Positions 44,501 through 54,546 of a DNA stretch of 64,000 nucleotides are shown here, one piece after another (the stretch's first letter is position 1; every line of letters begins with the position of its first letter). Origin of the DNA: Pelagomonas calceolata (Eukaryota). The position numbers and the translations under genes are program-made. A model generated the notes under the pieces. That model was not told the DNA's origin and did no database searches. It saw only the letters and a program-made list of their open reading frames with translations. The stretch spans positions 248,001 to 312,000 of the forward strand of contig CAKKNE010000004.1 in assembly GCA_918797485.1 (NCBI GenBank), written 5' to 3'.

Positions 44501-46032
44501 CGTAACCAGAGGGGCCAGGCAGGTGGCGTATATGCTCGGTTAGCCGTCGGTGGAGTTTTCCTGCAGTCGCGCTTTGACGCACCAAGGATCGCAGAGTGCG
44601 CCCTAAAAGTCGCTGCCATGGCCCAGCGCTGCGTGTGCGGTAGGAGCGAGGGTGGCGACTACGTGAAGTGTGCTGGCGGCGGGCGCTGTCACGGGTTCGT
44701 GCATCGTCGCTGCGTCGGATTAAAAGCTGACGAAGATGTTCCTGAAGGTTGGCTCTGCCCTTTGTGCGACACGAGCGGTGTTGCCGCGAAGCTCTCGGTT
44801 CACGGCGACGGCCCGCTGGCCAAATCTTCGCCTCTCATCGGTCGGGTCCTACTTCAGGCGCAAGGTGACGACGACGACGACGGCGCCGCTCAGGCGCCAC
44901 TGTTGTTGCGTGCGGTCGGCGCGAGAAAACAGCGCGGCGGAGAAGTTCTAGTGCGCTGCGTAGCCCTCTTCGGCGAGGGCGATGAGACGTATGAAATTAG
45001 CGAGGCGACCGCTCGCCGCGCTGCAATTAGGCGCGAGACGGCTGAAGCGCAGGCCATGGTGGCGATGCACGCCAGGGGCGGCAAGTACACCTTCCACACG
45101 ACTACGGAAGATTGCAATGTGTGCGCGCATTGCCTTGGCCTGTGTGGAAATCAAAATTTTACGGCGCGTTCGTGCTGAATCATCGCGTCGTCCTCCACGC
45201 CATCGACACGACGCCTGCTCGATGGCGTGGCGATGCCGGTTCCTCGCCGCTCGACCGAGCCAGGTCGGCCGCGTCATCGCCGAGAAATGACTTAGTGACG
45301 AATTGTCGTGCACCCGACACACTGATTGATTTCCACACAGGCCTCGATAAACCTAGCAATGGCGGCACCGGCACCCTTAAACGAGCGTGCATAGCGAAAG
45401 ATGATGAGCGCGCCGTAGCATTATTGTATCTCGCCTCGGGCGCGCCACCGCCGGGCGGAGGTCAGTGGGCAACGCACGGCGCCGCGCCGCCGCCGGCCAC
45501 GACACCGCAGCGCAAACACGTCTACTGGGACAATGATCGCGGGGAGCCCGACGACTCGGACGATGAAGAAGGCTTCGTCAAGAAGGATGCGCGCGTCGTC
45601 GCACCCTGGATCGACGGGCAGTGGTATTCTGCGACGATCGTACACGTGGGTCACCGGACCGCTCGCGTGGCGTTCGAAGATGGAACGATTCACACTGTGC
45701 AGCGCTCCGAGCTCCTCGAGGACGACCGCTCCTCGCGACGAAGCGTCGCAAAAAAGGTCGTCACTCCGGCCAAGCCGCGGCCCGCGCCACCGCCTCCGCC
45801 GCCGCCGCCGCCGCCGCCGCGGCCGACGGGGCCGTGCGCGATCTGCATGTCGACGATCGACGACGGCGCGCACGTGCTGCAGTGCGGCCACGCCTTCCAC
45901 GCGAGCTGCCTGCGCGACATGTCGGATGTTGTGCGCATCGCGTCGGCCACGAGACGCTCCCGAGGGGTCGCGTGCCCGCTCTGCCGCAAGGTGACGCGCG
46001 CCGAAGTAGGCGTCGACGCCGACGAGGCCTAG
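41573..46032 (+). CDS. multidomain chromatin protein: SAM-like, Tudor, MBD, PHD, partial CXXC, Tudor, RING; intron 45132-45340
   Basis: Tudor VGALVDADFQ..HYFPAII...YRVVFDDG; MBD LASGW...DRYFHPPDGGKQLRSMAEV; PHD CVC...C..C...H..C...WLCPLC; DCNVCAHCLDKPSNGG; RING-H2 CAIC...CGHAFHASC...CPLCR. Confidence 0.85.
45132..45340 (+). mobile_element. introner element forming a 209-nt GC-AG intron
   Basis: TIRs at 45140 and 45340; eroded TSD GCCTTGGC/GCCTCGAT; spliced HCLDKPSN matches intron-less HCLDAPRN in the neighbouring paralogue. Confidence 0.9.
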
Positions 46033-46171
46033 GCTGTGCCCTGTTAAGTATAACGTATGAAAATCGATCTTCTAGGTGACGCAATTCCTTAAGTCGCGGA
46101 ATGGAATCCGGGCCGAGGCTGAGGCTGAGGCTAGTTACGTCGCAGGGCTCCCCGTACCCCTCCCGCTCCTT

Positions 46172-46193
46172 GCTAGTGTCTTACGGCCGCTAG
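46172..46193 (+). promoter_or_regulatory. promoter palindrome
   Basis: GCTAGTGTCTTACGGCCGCTAG upstream of the second PHD/RING gene. Confidence 0.7.
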
Positions 46194-46361
46194 ATCTGCT
46201 CTCAGGTCGAGAGAGAGCAGCGGTCCCGCAGGGCGAAAAACGAAGCGCGGAGGGTACCGAACAAACCAAATCATAGTCCATCTCGAGCGCTGCTGCGGCG
46301 CGAACCTAGCAGCTTCAGGCAGCTGGGTTTTTTGCATTGCTTTTACAGAGGCAGAGGCGAA

Positions 46362-49300
46362 ATGCACAGCGAAGGCGAGCAAGCCGTGCCGGTCGATGCG
46401 GATCAAGCCGTGCCGCCGGTGAACGCGGAGCAAGCTATGCCGCCGGTGATTCACGCGCAGCCTCCGCCGCGCTCGGCAGGCGAGCCGGTGATTCACGCGC
46501 AGCCTCCGCTAAGCTCGGCGGCAGGCGAGGCTCTCCAAGCGCGGCTCGACGAGGTGATCTGCGTTCACATCTTGGACCGCAATCCGGCAGGAGGAATGCA
46601 AGTCATTAGGAATCGCTTCACATCTTGCGACGGCACGGCAATGCGACAGTTCGTCGTGACCTCGACGGGCGGCGTCCGGTGCGCCATCTGCTGCGACAAC
46701 GACGCGCCATTCGTACTGTCTTCGCGGACTCCATTAGTGACGCAGTTGCATGATATGAAGAAGCACTGCGGCCAGTACGAGTCCGAACGGGGTCAGCCTC
46801 AGACGCGGACCCACCTCCAACTACTTCGCCTGCTGCTTGAGGGCGCGCTGCACGAGGCGCCCGCCGAGGCGCCCGTCGAGCCCGAGGCGCCCGTCGAGCC
46901 CGAGGCGCCCGCCGAGGCGCCTATTCCTGAACCGGTCGCGGCCGACGACTCCGACGCGGATGACGAGGGACCCTGGCCGCAGCCGGGCCAGGTCGTCGAG
47001 GTCGTCTGGACCAAGGGGACGACGCTCGAGAACCCGGGCGAAGACGGCGTGGATGGCGTGGATAGGTGTGTGGTAGAATCGATCTGGGGTCTCAAACCAC
47101 AAAAGCGCCGCGGTTCAGGCTACCAGTGCTACGCGAAGCTGCAGTCGCTCATCAGGCTCGCGGGCGACGCGGACGAGCCGTACAAGATCGTGTCGGCGGA
47201 TGATCCGCGGCCGAAGCACGTCCACCTGAAGCACAAATTAGTAGATGCCGGCGAAGGGCGGACGTGGCGCATCCTCGCGCCCGCGACCGCCAACGAGTTA
47301 CTCGACCGCGTTGCTTCAAGTGCTGCCGCGGTGTCCGACGAGGCGCCGCTCCCTCCACCGGAAGACGTCGACGTCGTGGCGCCTCCAGTCGCTGAGATGG
47401 CGATCGAGGCGATGCCCGAGGAGCCGGCGGCCGCCGCTGAGGCGACGCCCGCCCCGGCGCGGCCGCCGAAGCGCGCGCGCGAGGAGAGCGAGTCCGACAC
47501 CGAAGCGCCGGCCGAGCCCGACGTTTCTGGGGACGACGAGCCCGTTGATGGCGCGGCATCGTTTCCCGTGGGGTCTTGGGTGCGGCATGCAACGACGGGA
47601 GCGAAGGGCGTCGTCGTCAGCGTCTACGATGGGAAAAGGTCTGTCCTCTGCGACGACAAGGCGCACAACTGGGGCCTAGGCATGATCCAGTCTGCGCCGG
47701 GCGCCCCGCCGGAGGCCATCGCCGCTGTGGCAGCGGCACGCTACGCAAAGCGAGGTGATTGGGTGCGCGACGAACAGACGGGGAAGAAGGGCGTCATCGT
47801 CGAGATCATTCCAAAGGGCCGGCGGACCATCCTCTGCGACAACGACGAAGAGTTGAAGCGGACTACCTCCGAGTTCCGCATCGCCAGCGGCGCCCCGCCC
47901 GCGGCCCTCGTCGCCAAGGCTGCCGCGTGGCGCAAAACAGCAAAGAAAAAAATGGCCCCACCGCCACCGCGGAAGCGCGCCGCGCCGGCCGACGCCGAGT
48001 CCTCGCGGCCACCTCCGCAGCGGCCGACGCCGCAGCATCCGTTCGCCGTCGGTGAGCTCGTCGCGGACATTGACGCGCCGGAGCACGCGCTCGAGGTCGT
48101 CTCCGTCGACGGCGGCACGTACACGCTCAAGTATCGCGACGCTGGCGCCTGGCGGGGCCAGGAGGTGTCGCGAGGGCGGGAAAATCTCGCCGCCTTCGGG
48201 TCCGCGCTGCCGCGGCGGCGGCGTGTGGCAGCGCCCCCCGCGCCGAAGGCGAAGCCGCCGCCGCCAGCGCCGACGAAGAAGAAGAAGCCGGCGGCGAAGA
48301 AGGCGCGGCGCGTCACGCAACCGCCCGCCGCGGCCAGACCGGCGAACGCTCCTGAAGGGGCCGTCTTCGACCACGCGGCGCAACTGCACGGAAAGTGGGT
48401 GTCACCGTGGCGCCGGGGCGGACCCAAGGGCCCGGCGCCGCTCTGGTGTAAATGGCACGACGACATGGACCTCGCGGAGGACGACGACGCGGACACGCCG
48501 CTCGGGAGAGGCTGTTGGGAGGTGCAGTGGTCGGATCGTACCGCGTCGTATCTCGCTCGAGACGACGTGCGCGTGTGCGTGCCGACGCGCGAGCGCCTCA
48601 AGGCCGAGGCCCAAGCGCCGACCCCGACTTCTACAAAGCGCGCGCGCCGCGTGACCGAGTCGCCGCAAGCGCCGCCGCCACGTCCGCGGCCGCCGACGCC
48701 CCCACCTGCGCCGGCGCCCGAGCCGGCGACGGACGATGACGAGTCCTACGACGAGTTCGGGCCCGGAGCCAAGGTCGTCGCGCCCGCCAGCGACGGAAAA
48801 GTCTACCGCGCGACCGTCGTCCAAGCGTACAAAAATGCGTTACGAGTACAGTGGGAGGACGGCGCCATCGACAGCGCGCCGCGCGAGGAGTGCGAACTCC
48901 TCGAGCGGGCGCCGAAGCGGGTCCGCATCACGGACGAGGACAAGCGCGAGCGGCGCCGCGAGCAGCAGGAGCTCCGCGACATGGCCCAGCACGACACGCC
49001 CGCTCTTTTATTATTATTGGAGCGGCGCGCGATGGCGCTACATGACAAGCCGCGCCAGCGGGCGGCGGCTTTGCGCGCCGCGCGACCTGTCGAGCGCCGC
49101 GACTGGTATGGCGACATCACGGCGGTGAAAGACGGCCTCATCGTCCGCGCGCGCAAGGAGGACGAGAACGTGAATGGATGCTGCGTGCGCCTCGCCGTCG
49201 GCGGCGTCTTCCTGTCGTCGCAGTTCAGTTCCGCGAAAGAGGGCGAGGCGGCGCTAGTCGCGGCGGCCACGGCGCAGCGCTGCGTCTGCGGCCGACACGA

Positions 49301-50705
49301 TACAGGCGGCGGCGATTACGTGAAGTGCGCCGGAGGCGCGACCGGTCGCTGCCGCGGCTTCGTGCACCGCCGCTGCGTCGGGCTGAAAGCTGACGCGATT
49401 GTGTCGGAAGATTGGCTTTGCCCGCTGTGTGACGATAGCGTTGCGACCAGGCTCTCGGTCCACGGCGGCCCGCTGGCGACACCGCTCATCGGACGCGTCC
49501 TTCTGCAGACGCCTGGTGCCACCATGGCTGCCCCGTCAGCGCCTCTACTGTTACGCGCCGTCGGCGCGAGGACGCGGCCCGAGGCCGTGACCGCTGATGC
49601 GACCAAGTCGCCTCCGTCCGGCAGCCGCGTCGCTGTGACGTTCGACTGCGGTGAAGAATACGAAGGGACGGTGGACGACGTGCTTGATGACAAAAGTGCC
49701 ATGATAGATTTCGACGACGGCCAGAGCGAGAAGGTGAACTTTACGGAGGGAGGCGTGCGACTGATCTCGGGCAACGATGTCGTCGTGCGGTGCGTGGCGC
49801 TCGTCGGCGACGGCGACGAGTCGTGGGAATTAAGCGAGGCGGCCGCGCGGCACGCGGCCCTCCGGCGCGAGACGGCCGAGCTCCAATCGCAAATGGCCAT
49901 GCTGTCGCGGGGTGGGAAATATGTTTTCCATACCACGACGCCCAACTGCGAGTGCTGTGCTCACTGCCTTGACGCGCCGCGGAACGGCGGGCCTGGAACG
50001 CTAAAAAAGGCCTGCATCGAGAAGGACGGCGAGCGCGCAATCGCGCTCTTGCACCTCGCGAGCGGCGCGCAGCCACCGGGCGGCGGGCGCTGGCTCACGC
50101 ACAACCTCAAGGCGCCGAATAAACCGCGGCCGGCGAAGTCGCCGTCGCGAGCGTTCGACCCGAACAGCCTGCCAGTCTTCGATCCGAATGACGAGGACGT
50201 TTTCGGGCGCGGTGCCAAGGTCGTGGCGCCGTATACCGATGGGCACTGCTACCGAGCCACTGTTGTCCGTGCTCAACAAAACTGTGTTCGCGTGATCTTC
50301 GAGGACGGGACGCCGCATACCTGCCAGCGATCGGAGCTCGATTTGGACGACAGCCCTGTGGGCGGCGGCGGGGGCGACGCGGACGACGCGGGCGACGACG
50401 AGAAGGCGACGCCGCCTCCAAAGAGTGCGACGCGGCCGAAGAAGCGTCCGAAGCTGTCAGCCCCTACGCCGCCGCCTCCTCCTGCACGGGTGGCGCCGTC
50501 GGAGCCGTGCGCCATCTGCATGTCGATGATCGACGCCGACGAGGCGCATGTGCTCCAATGTTCTCACGCCTTTCACGCCGACTGCCTTCGTCAGATGGCG
50601 GGCCACGTGCGGCTCTCGTCGCATACGCGGCGTTCGATCACGGTGAGCTGTCCGCTCTGCCGGAAAGTGACGCGCGCGGAAGTGGGCGTCGACGCCGAGG
50701 CCTGA
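46362..50705 (+). CDS. tandem paralogue of the preceding gene: Tudor repeats, PHD, partial CXXC, RING; no MBD recognised
   Basis: Shares DDEPVDGAASFPVGSWVRHATTGAK, VRVCVPTRERLKAEAQA, PHD and C-terminal CPLCRKVTRAEVGVDA; ATG at 46362. Confidence 0.88.
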   Translation: MHSEGEQAVPVDADQAVPPVNAEQAMPPVIHAQPPPRSAGEPVIHAQPPLSSAAGEALQARLDEVICVHILDRNPAGGMQVIRNRFTSCDGTAMRQFVVTSTGGVRCAICCDNDAPFVLSSRTPLVTQLHDMKKHCGQYESERGQPQTRTHLQLLRLLLEGALHEAPAEAPVEPEAPVEPEAPAEAPIPEPVAADDSDADDEGPWPQPGQVVEVVWTKGTTLENPGEDGVDGVDRCVVESIWGLKPQKRRGSGYQCYAKLQSLIRLAGDADEPYKIVSADDPRPKHVHLKHKLVDAGEGRTWRILAPATANELLDRVASSAAAVSDEAPLPPPEDVDVVAPPVAEMAIEAMPEEPAAAAEATPAPARPPKRAREESESDTEAPAEPDVSGDDEPVDGAASFPVGSWVRHATTGAKGVVVSVYDGKRSVLCDDKAHNWGLGMIQSAPGAPPEAIAAVAAARYAKRGDWVRDEQTGKKGVIVEIIPKGRRTILCDNDEELKRTTSEFRIASGAPPAALVAKAAAWRKTAKKKMAPPPPRKRAAPADAESSRPPPQRPTPQHPFAVGELVADIDAPEHALEVVSVDGGTYTLKYRDAGAWRGQEVSRGRENLAAFGSALPRRRRVAAPPAPKAKPPPPAPTKKKKPAAKKARRVTQPPAAARPANAPEGAVFDHAAQLHGKWVSPWRRGGPKGPAPLWCKWHDDMDLAEDDDADTPLGRGCWEVQWSDRTASYLARDDVRVCVPTRERLKAEAQAPTPTSTKRARRVTESPQAPPPRPRPPTPPPAPAPEPATDDDESYDEFGPGAKVVAPASDGKVYRATVVQAYKNALRVQWEDGAIDSAPREECELLERAPKRVRITDEDKRERRREQQELRDMAQHDTPALLLLLERRAMALHDKPRQRAAALRAARPVERRDWYGDITAVKDGLIVRARKEDENVNGCCVRLAVGGVFLSSQFSSAKEGEAALVAAATAQRCVCGRHDTGGGDYVKCAGGATGRCRGFVHRRCVGLKADAIVSEDWLCPLCDDSVATRLSVHGGPLATPLIGRVLLQTPGATMAAPSAPLLLRAVGARTRPEAVTADATKSPPSGSRVAVTFDCGEEYEGTVDDVLDDKSAMIDFDDGQSEKVNFTEGGVRLISGNDVVVRCVALVGDGDESWELSEAAARHAALRRETAELQSQMAMLSRGGKYVFHTTTPNCECCAHCLDAPRNGGPGTLKKACIEKDGERAIALLHLASGAQPPGGGRWLTHNLKAPNKPRPAKSPSRAFDPNSLPVFDPNDEDVFGRGAKVVAPYTDGHCYRATVVRAQQNCVRVIFEDGTPHTCQRSELDLDDSPVGGGGGDADDAGDDEKATPPPKSATRPKKRPKLSAPTPPPPPARVAPSEPCAICMSMIDADEAHVLQCSHAFHADCLRQMAGHVRLSSHTRRSITVSCPLCRKVTRAEVGVDAEA

Positions 50706-50809
50706 ACTGTGCCCTGTGCTTAAGTATTACAAGACCCATAATTTGCCCGACGGCGTTGGAGGGAGAAATTCCATGTTACGACGAAAAACAAAATGGACGA
50801 GCCCGTACG

Positions 50810-51729
50810 CTAGTCCTCCTTCCGCGGCGCGTACGCCCGGATCTGCCAGGCCAGCATTCCGTTCAACGTGAACGACGCTCCATACCCCAGCAGCAGCACC
50901 GCGTCGGCGCTCTCTACCGCTGTCGTGAACAAGCGCGCGGCGTTGCCGAGGAGGCGCATTTGAACCTGTGGTGGAAATCAACCAGTGAGTAGGTGCACAG
51001 TAATTTCTCGGCGACAGCGCGGCCGTGATGACTGCATCAAGAGGGATGTAAGACCCACACCGCCACGCCATCGAGCAGACATCGCGTCGATGGCGTGGAG
51101 GCATGATTCAGCCGTATGCGAGAAGCGCCGCGAAGTTTGATTTCCACACGCGTCCGCGCCGTCGCGGCCGAGAGCGCGCCGGTCTCTTGCCGCCGCCGGT
51201 TCTTCAGGATCTGCGGCACGAGCGAGCCGATATTCGCGACGAGGGACACGGACGACAGGACCCACGCGTAGGCCAGGGGCGTCGCGGCGCAGAGGGCGAC
51301 CGCGCCGGCGCCGAGCGCCGCGCTCATGACGCCGCGCGTCCCATTCTTCTCGAACCCGTAGGCCAGCAAACATAAGACCACGTTCTGGATGAGTACGAGC
51401 ACCTGCTCGCCGTAGCTGTGCAACGAATAGCTCAGCTTCACAGAGTACGCGATCGACGCGATGAAAACGAGGACGTCGAGCTCGAGCGACAGCAAGGAGA
51501 GGCCGTCGGCGCTCTTGGCTTTCAGTACGTTGAGGATCTGGGGCACTTTGAGCAACGCGGCGCCGGCCACGATGCAGAGGGACGCGGCTCGGCTGACGGC
51601 GTCCAACGCGCACGGCAGGTAGTAGTCCAGTTTTCGCACGCAGCCGACCGGGTCCAGCTCCACGAAAAGTTGTTTGAGGCCTTCGAGGAAGATCGGCCAG
51701 CACTCGTCGCTGAAGACGAGGAGAGGCAT
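50810..51729 (-). CDS. MPDU1: mannose-P-dolichol utilization defect 1-like PQ-loop protein; intron 50966-51159
   Basis: LLKVPQILNV..KSADGLS, YGE, VPQILKN...TGALSAAT|VQMRLLGNAARLFTT. Confidence 0.88.
50966..51159 (-). mobile_element. introner element forming a ~194-nt GC-AG intron
   Basis: TIR remnants at 50966 (CTGTGGTGGAAATC) and ~51151; TSD no longer recognisable; splice restores the MPDU1 alignment. Confidence 0.8.
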
Positions 51730-51946
51730 GGTGATCTGTTCAATCAATGCGGGCTGTGCGAGGGCTGTGCAGGCTGTCAGGCTGCAGGAGGCTGAGCAGT
51801 CTATACGGGGGAGCGGCGACGGCGTCTAGTTTGCAGCTGTCGAACGCTTGTCAGCTGGCAGCTGTATGCGATCGTTGGGTGCACTTCAGCGCTCCCACGA
51901 CGATTACAAGCTCGCAAAGCAGCGCATCCTTGCTTGCTAGGGAATG

Positions 51947-51970
51947 CCTAGTGTCTTACAGGGCGCTAGC
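51947..51970 (+). promoter_or_regulatory. promoter palindrome
   Basis: CCTAGTGTCTTACAGGGCGCTAGC between divergent genes. Confidence 0.7.
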
Positions 51971-52317
51971 TCAAGGGCGTTGACTCAAAATGCATTGTAG
52001 CAGTGGTCAAGGAGGCAGCTGAAACGCAGCCGTGCTTGGATCGATGCGTTGCCGGCGCCGAGGCCGACTTGGAATTGTTGTCGAATTGGCCCGATTTTTT
52101 TGCTGCCTCCGCAGCAAAGACGTGCAACCAAGCCCATACAATCCTTCACCGCGTGCTCAGCGACGCAGACCCTTCACCCCTTGAAGGACAGGGTCCGTCC
52201 ATAGCAACAACATCAGCAAGCTCTCCCTCCCTGTTGCTGCAGTTACGCGCGCGCGCATCGATTGATTGATCCAATTACGCCATCACCACACTCCCACGTA
52301 AAGCACAACAAGCCACC

Positions 52318-53227
52318 ATGTCACAGTACCCCGTTGCCCAGGTCGTCGGCGGACAGCAGGGCGGCGTCGTCGGAGTAGTGAGCCAGCCCTCGGACGTGAA
52401 CCTAGATATCGGCGGCCGCGTGGAACGGATGCAGAACGAGCTCGACGTGCCGGAGCAGATCGTGCGCGATTTGTTGAGCGTGGCGGGCGCGGACATCGTC
52501 GTGATCGCCGACGACAGTGGCTCGATGGGCGCCGTCGCGAACTACGTCACGCGGTCGACGCGGTGGACGGAGTCGGGAGCCGTGTGGAAACCAAATGTCG
52601 CGACGTGGGCCCGGTAGCTGGCATAACATAACTCACCGGTTGATTCCACACAGGTTGCGCGATACGCTCCAGAAGCTCGCGCACATGCTTTTGGTCGTGG
52701 ACCACACGGACGGCTTCCACATCCAGTTCTTGAACGATCCGACGTGGCACGAGATCCGCAGCGGCTCCCAGGTCGAGACGCTGTTCTACGGGCGGCAGCC
52801 CAAGGGCCGGACGCCGCTCGCGACGCGACTGAGACCGCTCCTCAGCGGCCAGTGGCACCCCAAGGGCCACGGCGCCGAGACGGACTTGATATTACTGATC
52901 ATGACGGACGGCGAGCCGTCGGACTGCTCCTTTTCGGAACTTAGGCAGTTAGTCGGCCAGAAGTCCCCGAAAGTGTACTGCACGTTCATGATGTGCACCG
53001 AGGAGGACGACGTCGTCGAGCAGTACAACAAGTCGCTGGACCGCCTGCCCGGCGTGGACATCACCGACGATTATGTGAGCGAGAAGAAGGAGGTGGAGAA
53101 GCTGGGCAACAAGCTGAGCTACTACAAGTGGATGGCCAAGGCCGTGCTCGGCGGTAAGATGCCGAAATACGACCACATGGACGAGAAGCGGGCCGGCGGC
53201 GGCGGGGCGTGCTGCGTGATCGCGTGA
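52318..53227 (+). CDS. von Willebrand factor A domain protein with C-terminal CaaX (CCVIA); intron 52572-52653
   Basis: MIDAS DDSGSM, GRTPL, IMTDGEP; spliced TRWTE|LRDTL. Confidence 0.85.
52572..52653 (+). mobile_element. degenerate introner, 82-nt GT-AG intron
   Basis: GT plus 6 nt, then CCGTGTGGAAACC...GATTCCACACAG; TSD eroded (GTCGGGAG/GTTGCGCG). Confidence 0.85.
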
Positions 53228-53601
53228 GGCTTCCGTCCTATTTTTTTTATCGCGGGCGGCGGCGGCGGCGCTGCGCATCGGCTGAGGCTTTCTTTCATCA
53301 TCTAGGCCGTAAGCAACTTCTCGGGAGGTGTCGCCGCGTAGTCGCCGCGCGTTCGGCTCAGGCTTTCTTTTCATCTGGGCCGTGAGTTCACTTCTCGGAG
53401 GGGTCCTTGTAGTTCTTTAGAAGGCCGCGCGTTGCGCGTCCGATGCGAAGTGTGCCTCGACTGCGCGCAGAGCATTGCAAAGCAGTCAAGCACCATTGAC
53501 CAAAGAGCACACATCCGTGTGAAAAGAGAGGCCTCCTAAGTTTCATACTTCCCGTCGAATTCTACTTATGCGCGCGGCCCGCGCCAGAAGAGTCATAATA
53601 A

Positions 53602-54378
53602 TTAGTCCTCGGCGGCGGCAGGAGGAGGAGGCTTCTTCCCGTGCAGGTCCCCCGCGACCTCGGCCGGCAGCTCGAACGTGGGATCGGACGGCAGCCGCTC
53701 CGTCCGCCATTTATAGGTCGTGTGGTCCTGGCCCTCGGGGTAGAACGGCGCGACCGGGCACTGGCGCAGCTCTTCCTCTTCGTCGGCCTCGGCCTTGAGC
53801 GCCGCTTCGGCGATCTGGGCCATCGCAGCTTCAACAATTTCGGGGTCGGTCCCGAGTTCGGCAGAAGCGCCGTGCAGGGCCAGGCCCTCGCGTTTGACAC
53901 ACTCAAGCACGAGGTCGCGGTTCGCCCGCAGCTCGTCCGACGCGTACTTCAGGGCCCGCGGCGCCTGCCCCACGGCCGCCCGCACAATCTCCTCGTCACT
54001 GCGGAACGAAACAGGCGCCCGCGCGAGCGCGAACCCGTCCCGTTGGACAGCCTTCAGCACCACATCGCGGTCGTCCGCCAGCAGAGGTGTTGTCGAAGGC
54101 TCGTCCTCGTAGGGGCGCTCCCCCTCGCAGAGGGTCATTTCTTCTTTCTCCTCAATTGCTTTGCGCAGCGCCTCGTTCTTCGCGACGTGGTCGGCGACCC
54201 ATGCCGGCTCGCCACTAGCTTCCGACTTCTTTTTGTCTGCACCGTACATACTGTCGAGCCATTCTCTCGTGGGCCGCTTGAGCTCCGGCTGGTCCTTCGA
54301 GAGTCGCGGCGGCGGCGCGTTCTCCATGAGCTGCGTCATGCGCGCGAGGGCGTCGCTTGCGTCGAGGATGGCGGCCAT
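53602..54378 (-). CDS. DUF4116-repeat protein
   Basis: DRDVVLKAVQRDGFAL, DEEIVRAAVGQAPRALKYASDELRANRDLVL. Confidence 0.8.
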   Translation of the reverse strand: MAAILDASDALARMTQLMENAPPPRLSKDQPELKRPTREWLDSMYGADKKKSEASGEPAWVADHVAKNEALRKAIEEKEEMTLCEGERPYEDEPSTTPLLADDRDVVLKAVQRDGFALARAPVSFRSDEEIVRAAVGQAPRALKYASDELRANRDLVLECVKREGLALHGASAELGTDPEIVEAAMAQIAEAALKAEADEEEELRQCPVAPFYPEGQDHTTYKWRTERLPSDPTFELPAEVAGDLHGKKPPPPAAAED

Positions 54379-54522
54379 GGTTTGCTGGGGCAGCTTGGGG
54401 AGGTGTCGTGGGTGGCAGCCTCGCGGCGCGGGACAGCGTCGACGGCGTCAAGGAGACGTGTGCGTGCTCCCTGGCGGGCTCGGGCGGCGATGGCAGGCGT
54501 TCGAGTCGATTATGCTGCTCTC

Positions 54523-54546
54523 GCTAGAGTCTTACATGACGCTAGC
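54523..54546 (+). promoter_or_regulatory. promoter palindrome
   Basis: GCTAGAGTCTTACATGACGCTAGC between divergent genes. Confidence 0.7.

Noticed and set aside
46380..46925. Short in-frame tandem repeats (PVIHAQPP x2, APVEPE x2)
   Set aside because: Ordinary low-complexity expansions in a disordered N-terminus.
53280..53401. Imperfect ~47-bp direct repeat downstream of the VWA gene
   Set aside because: Only two diverged copies, with no TIR or TSD; probably a local slippage duplication.
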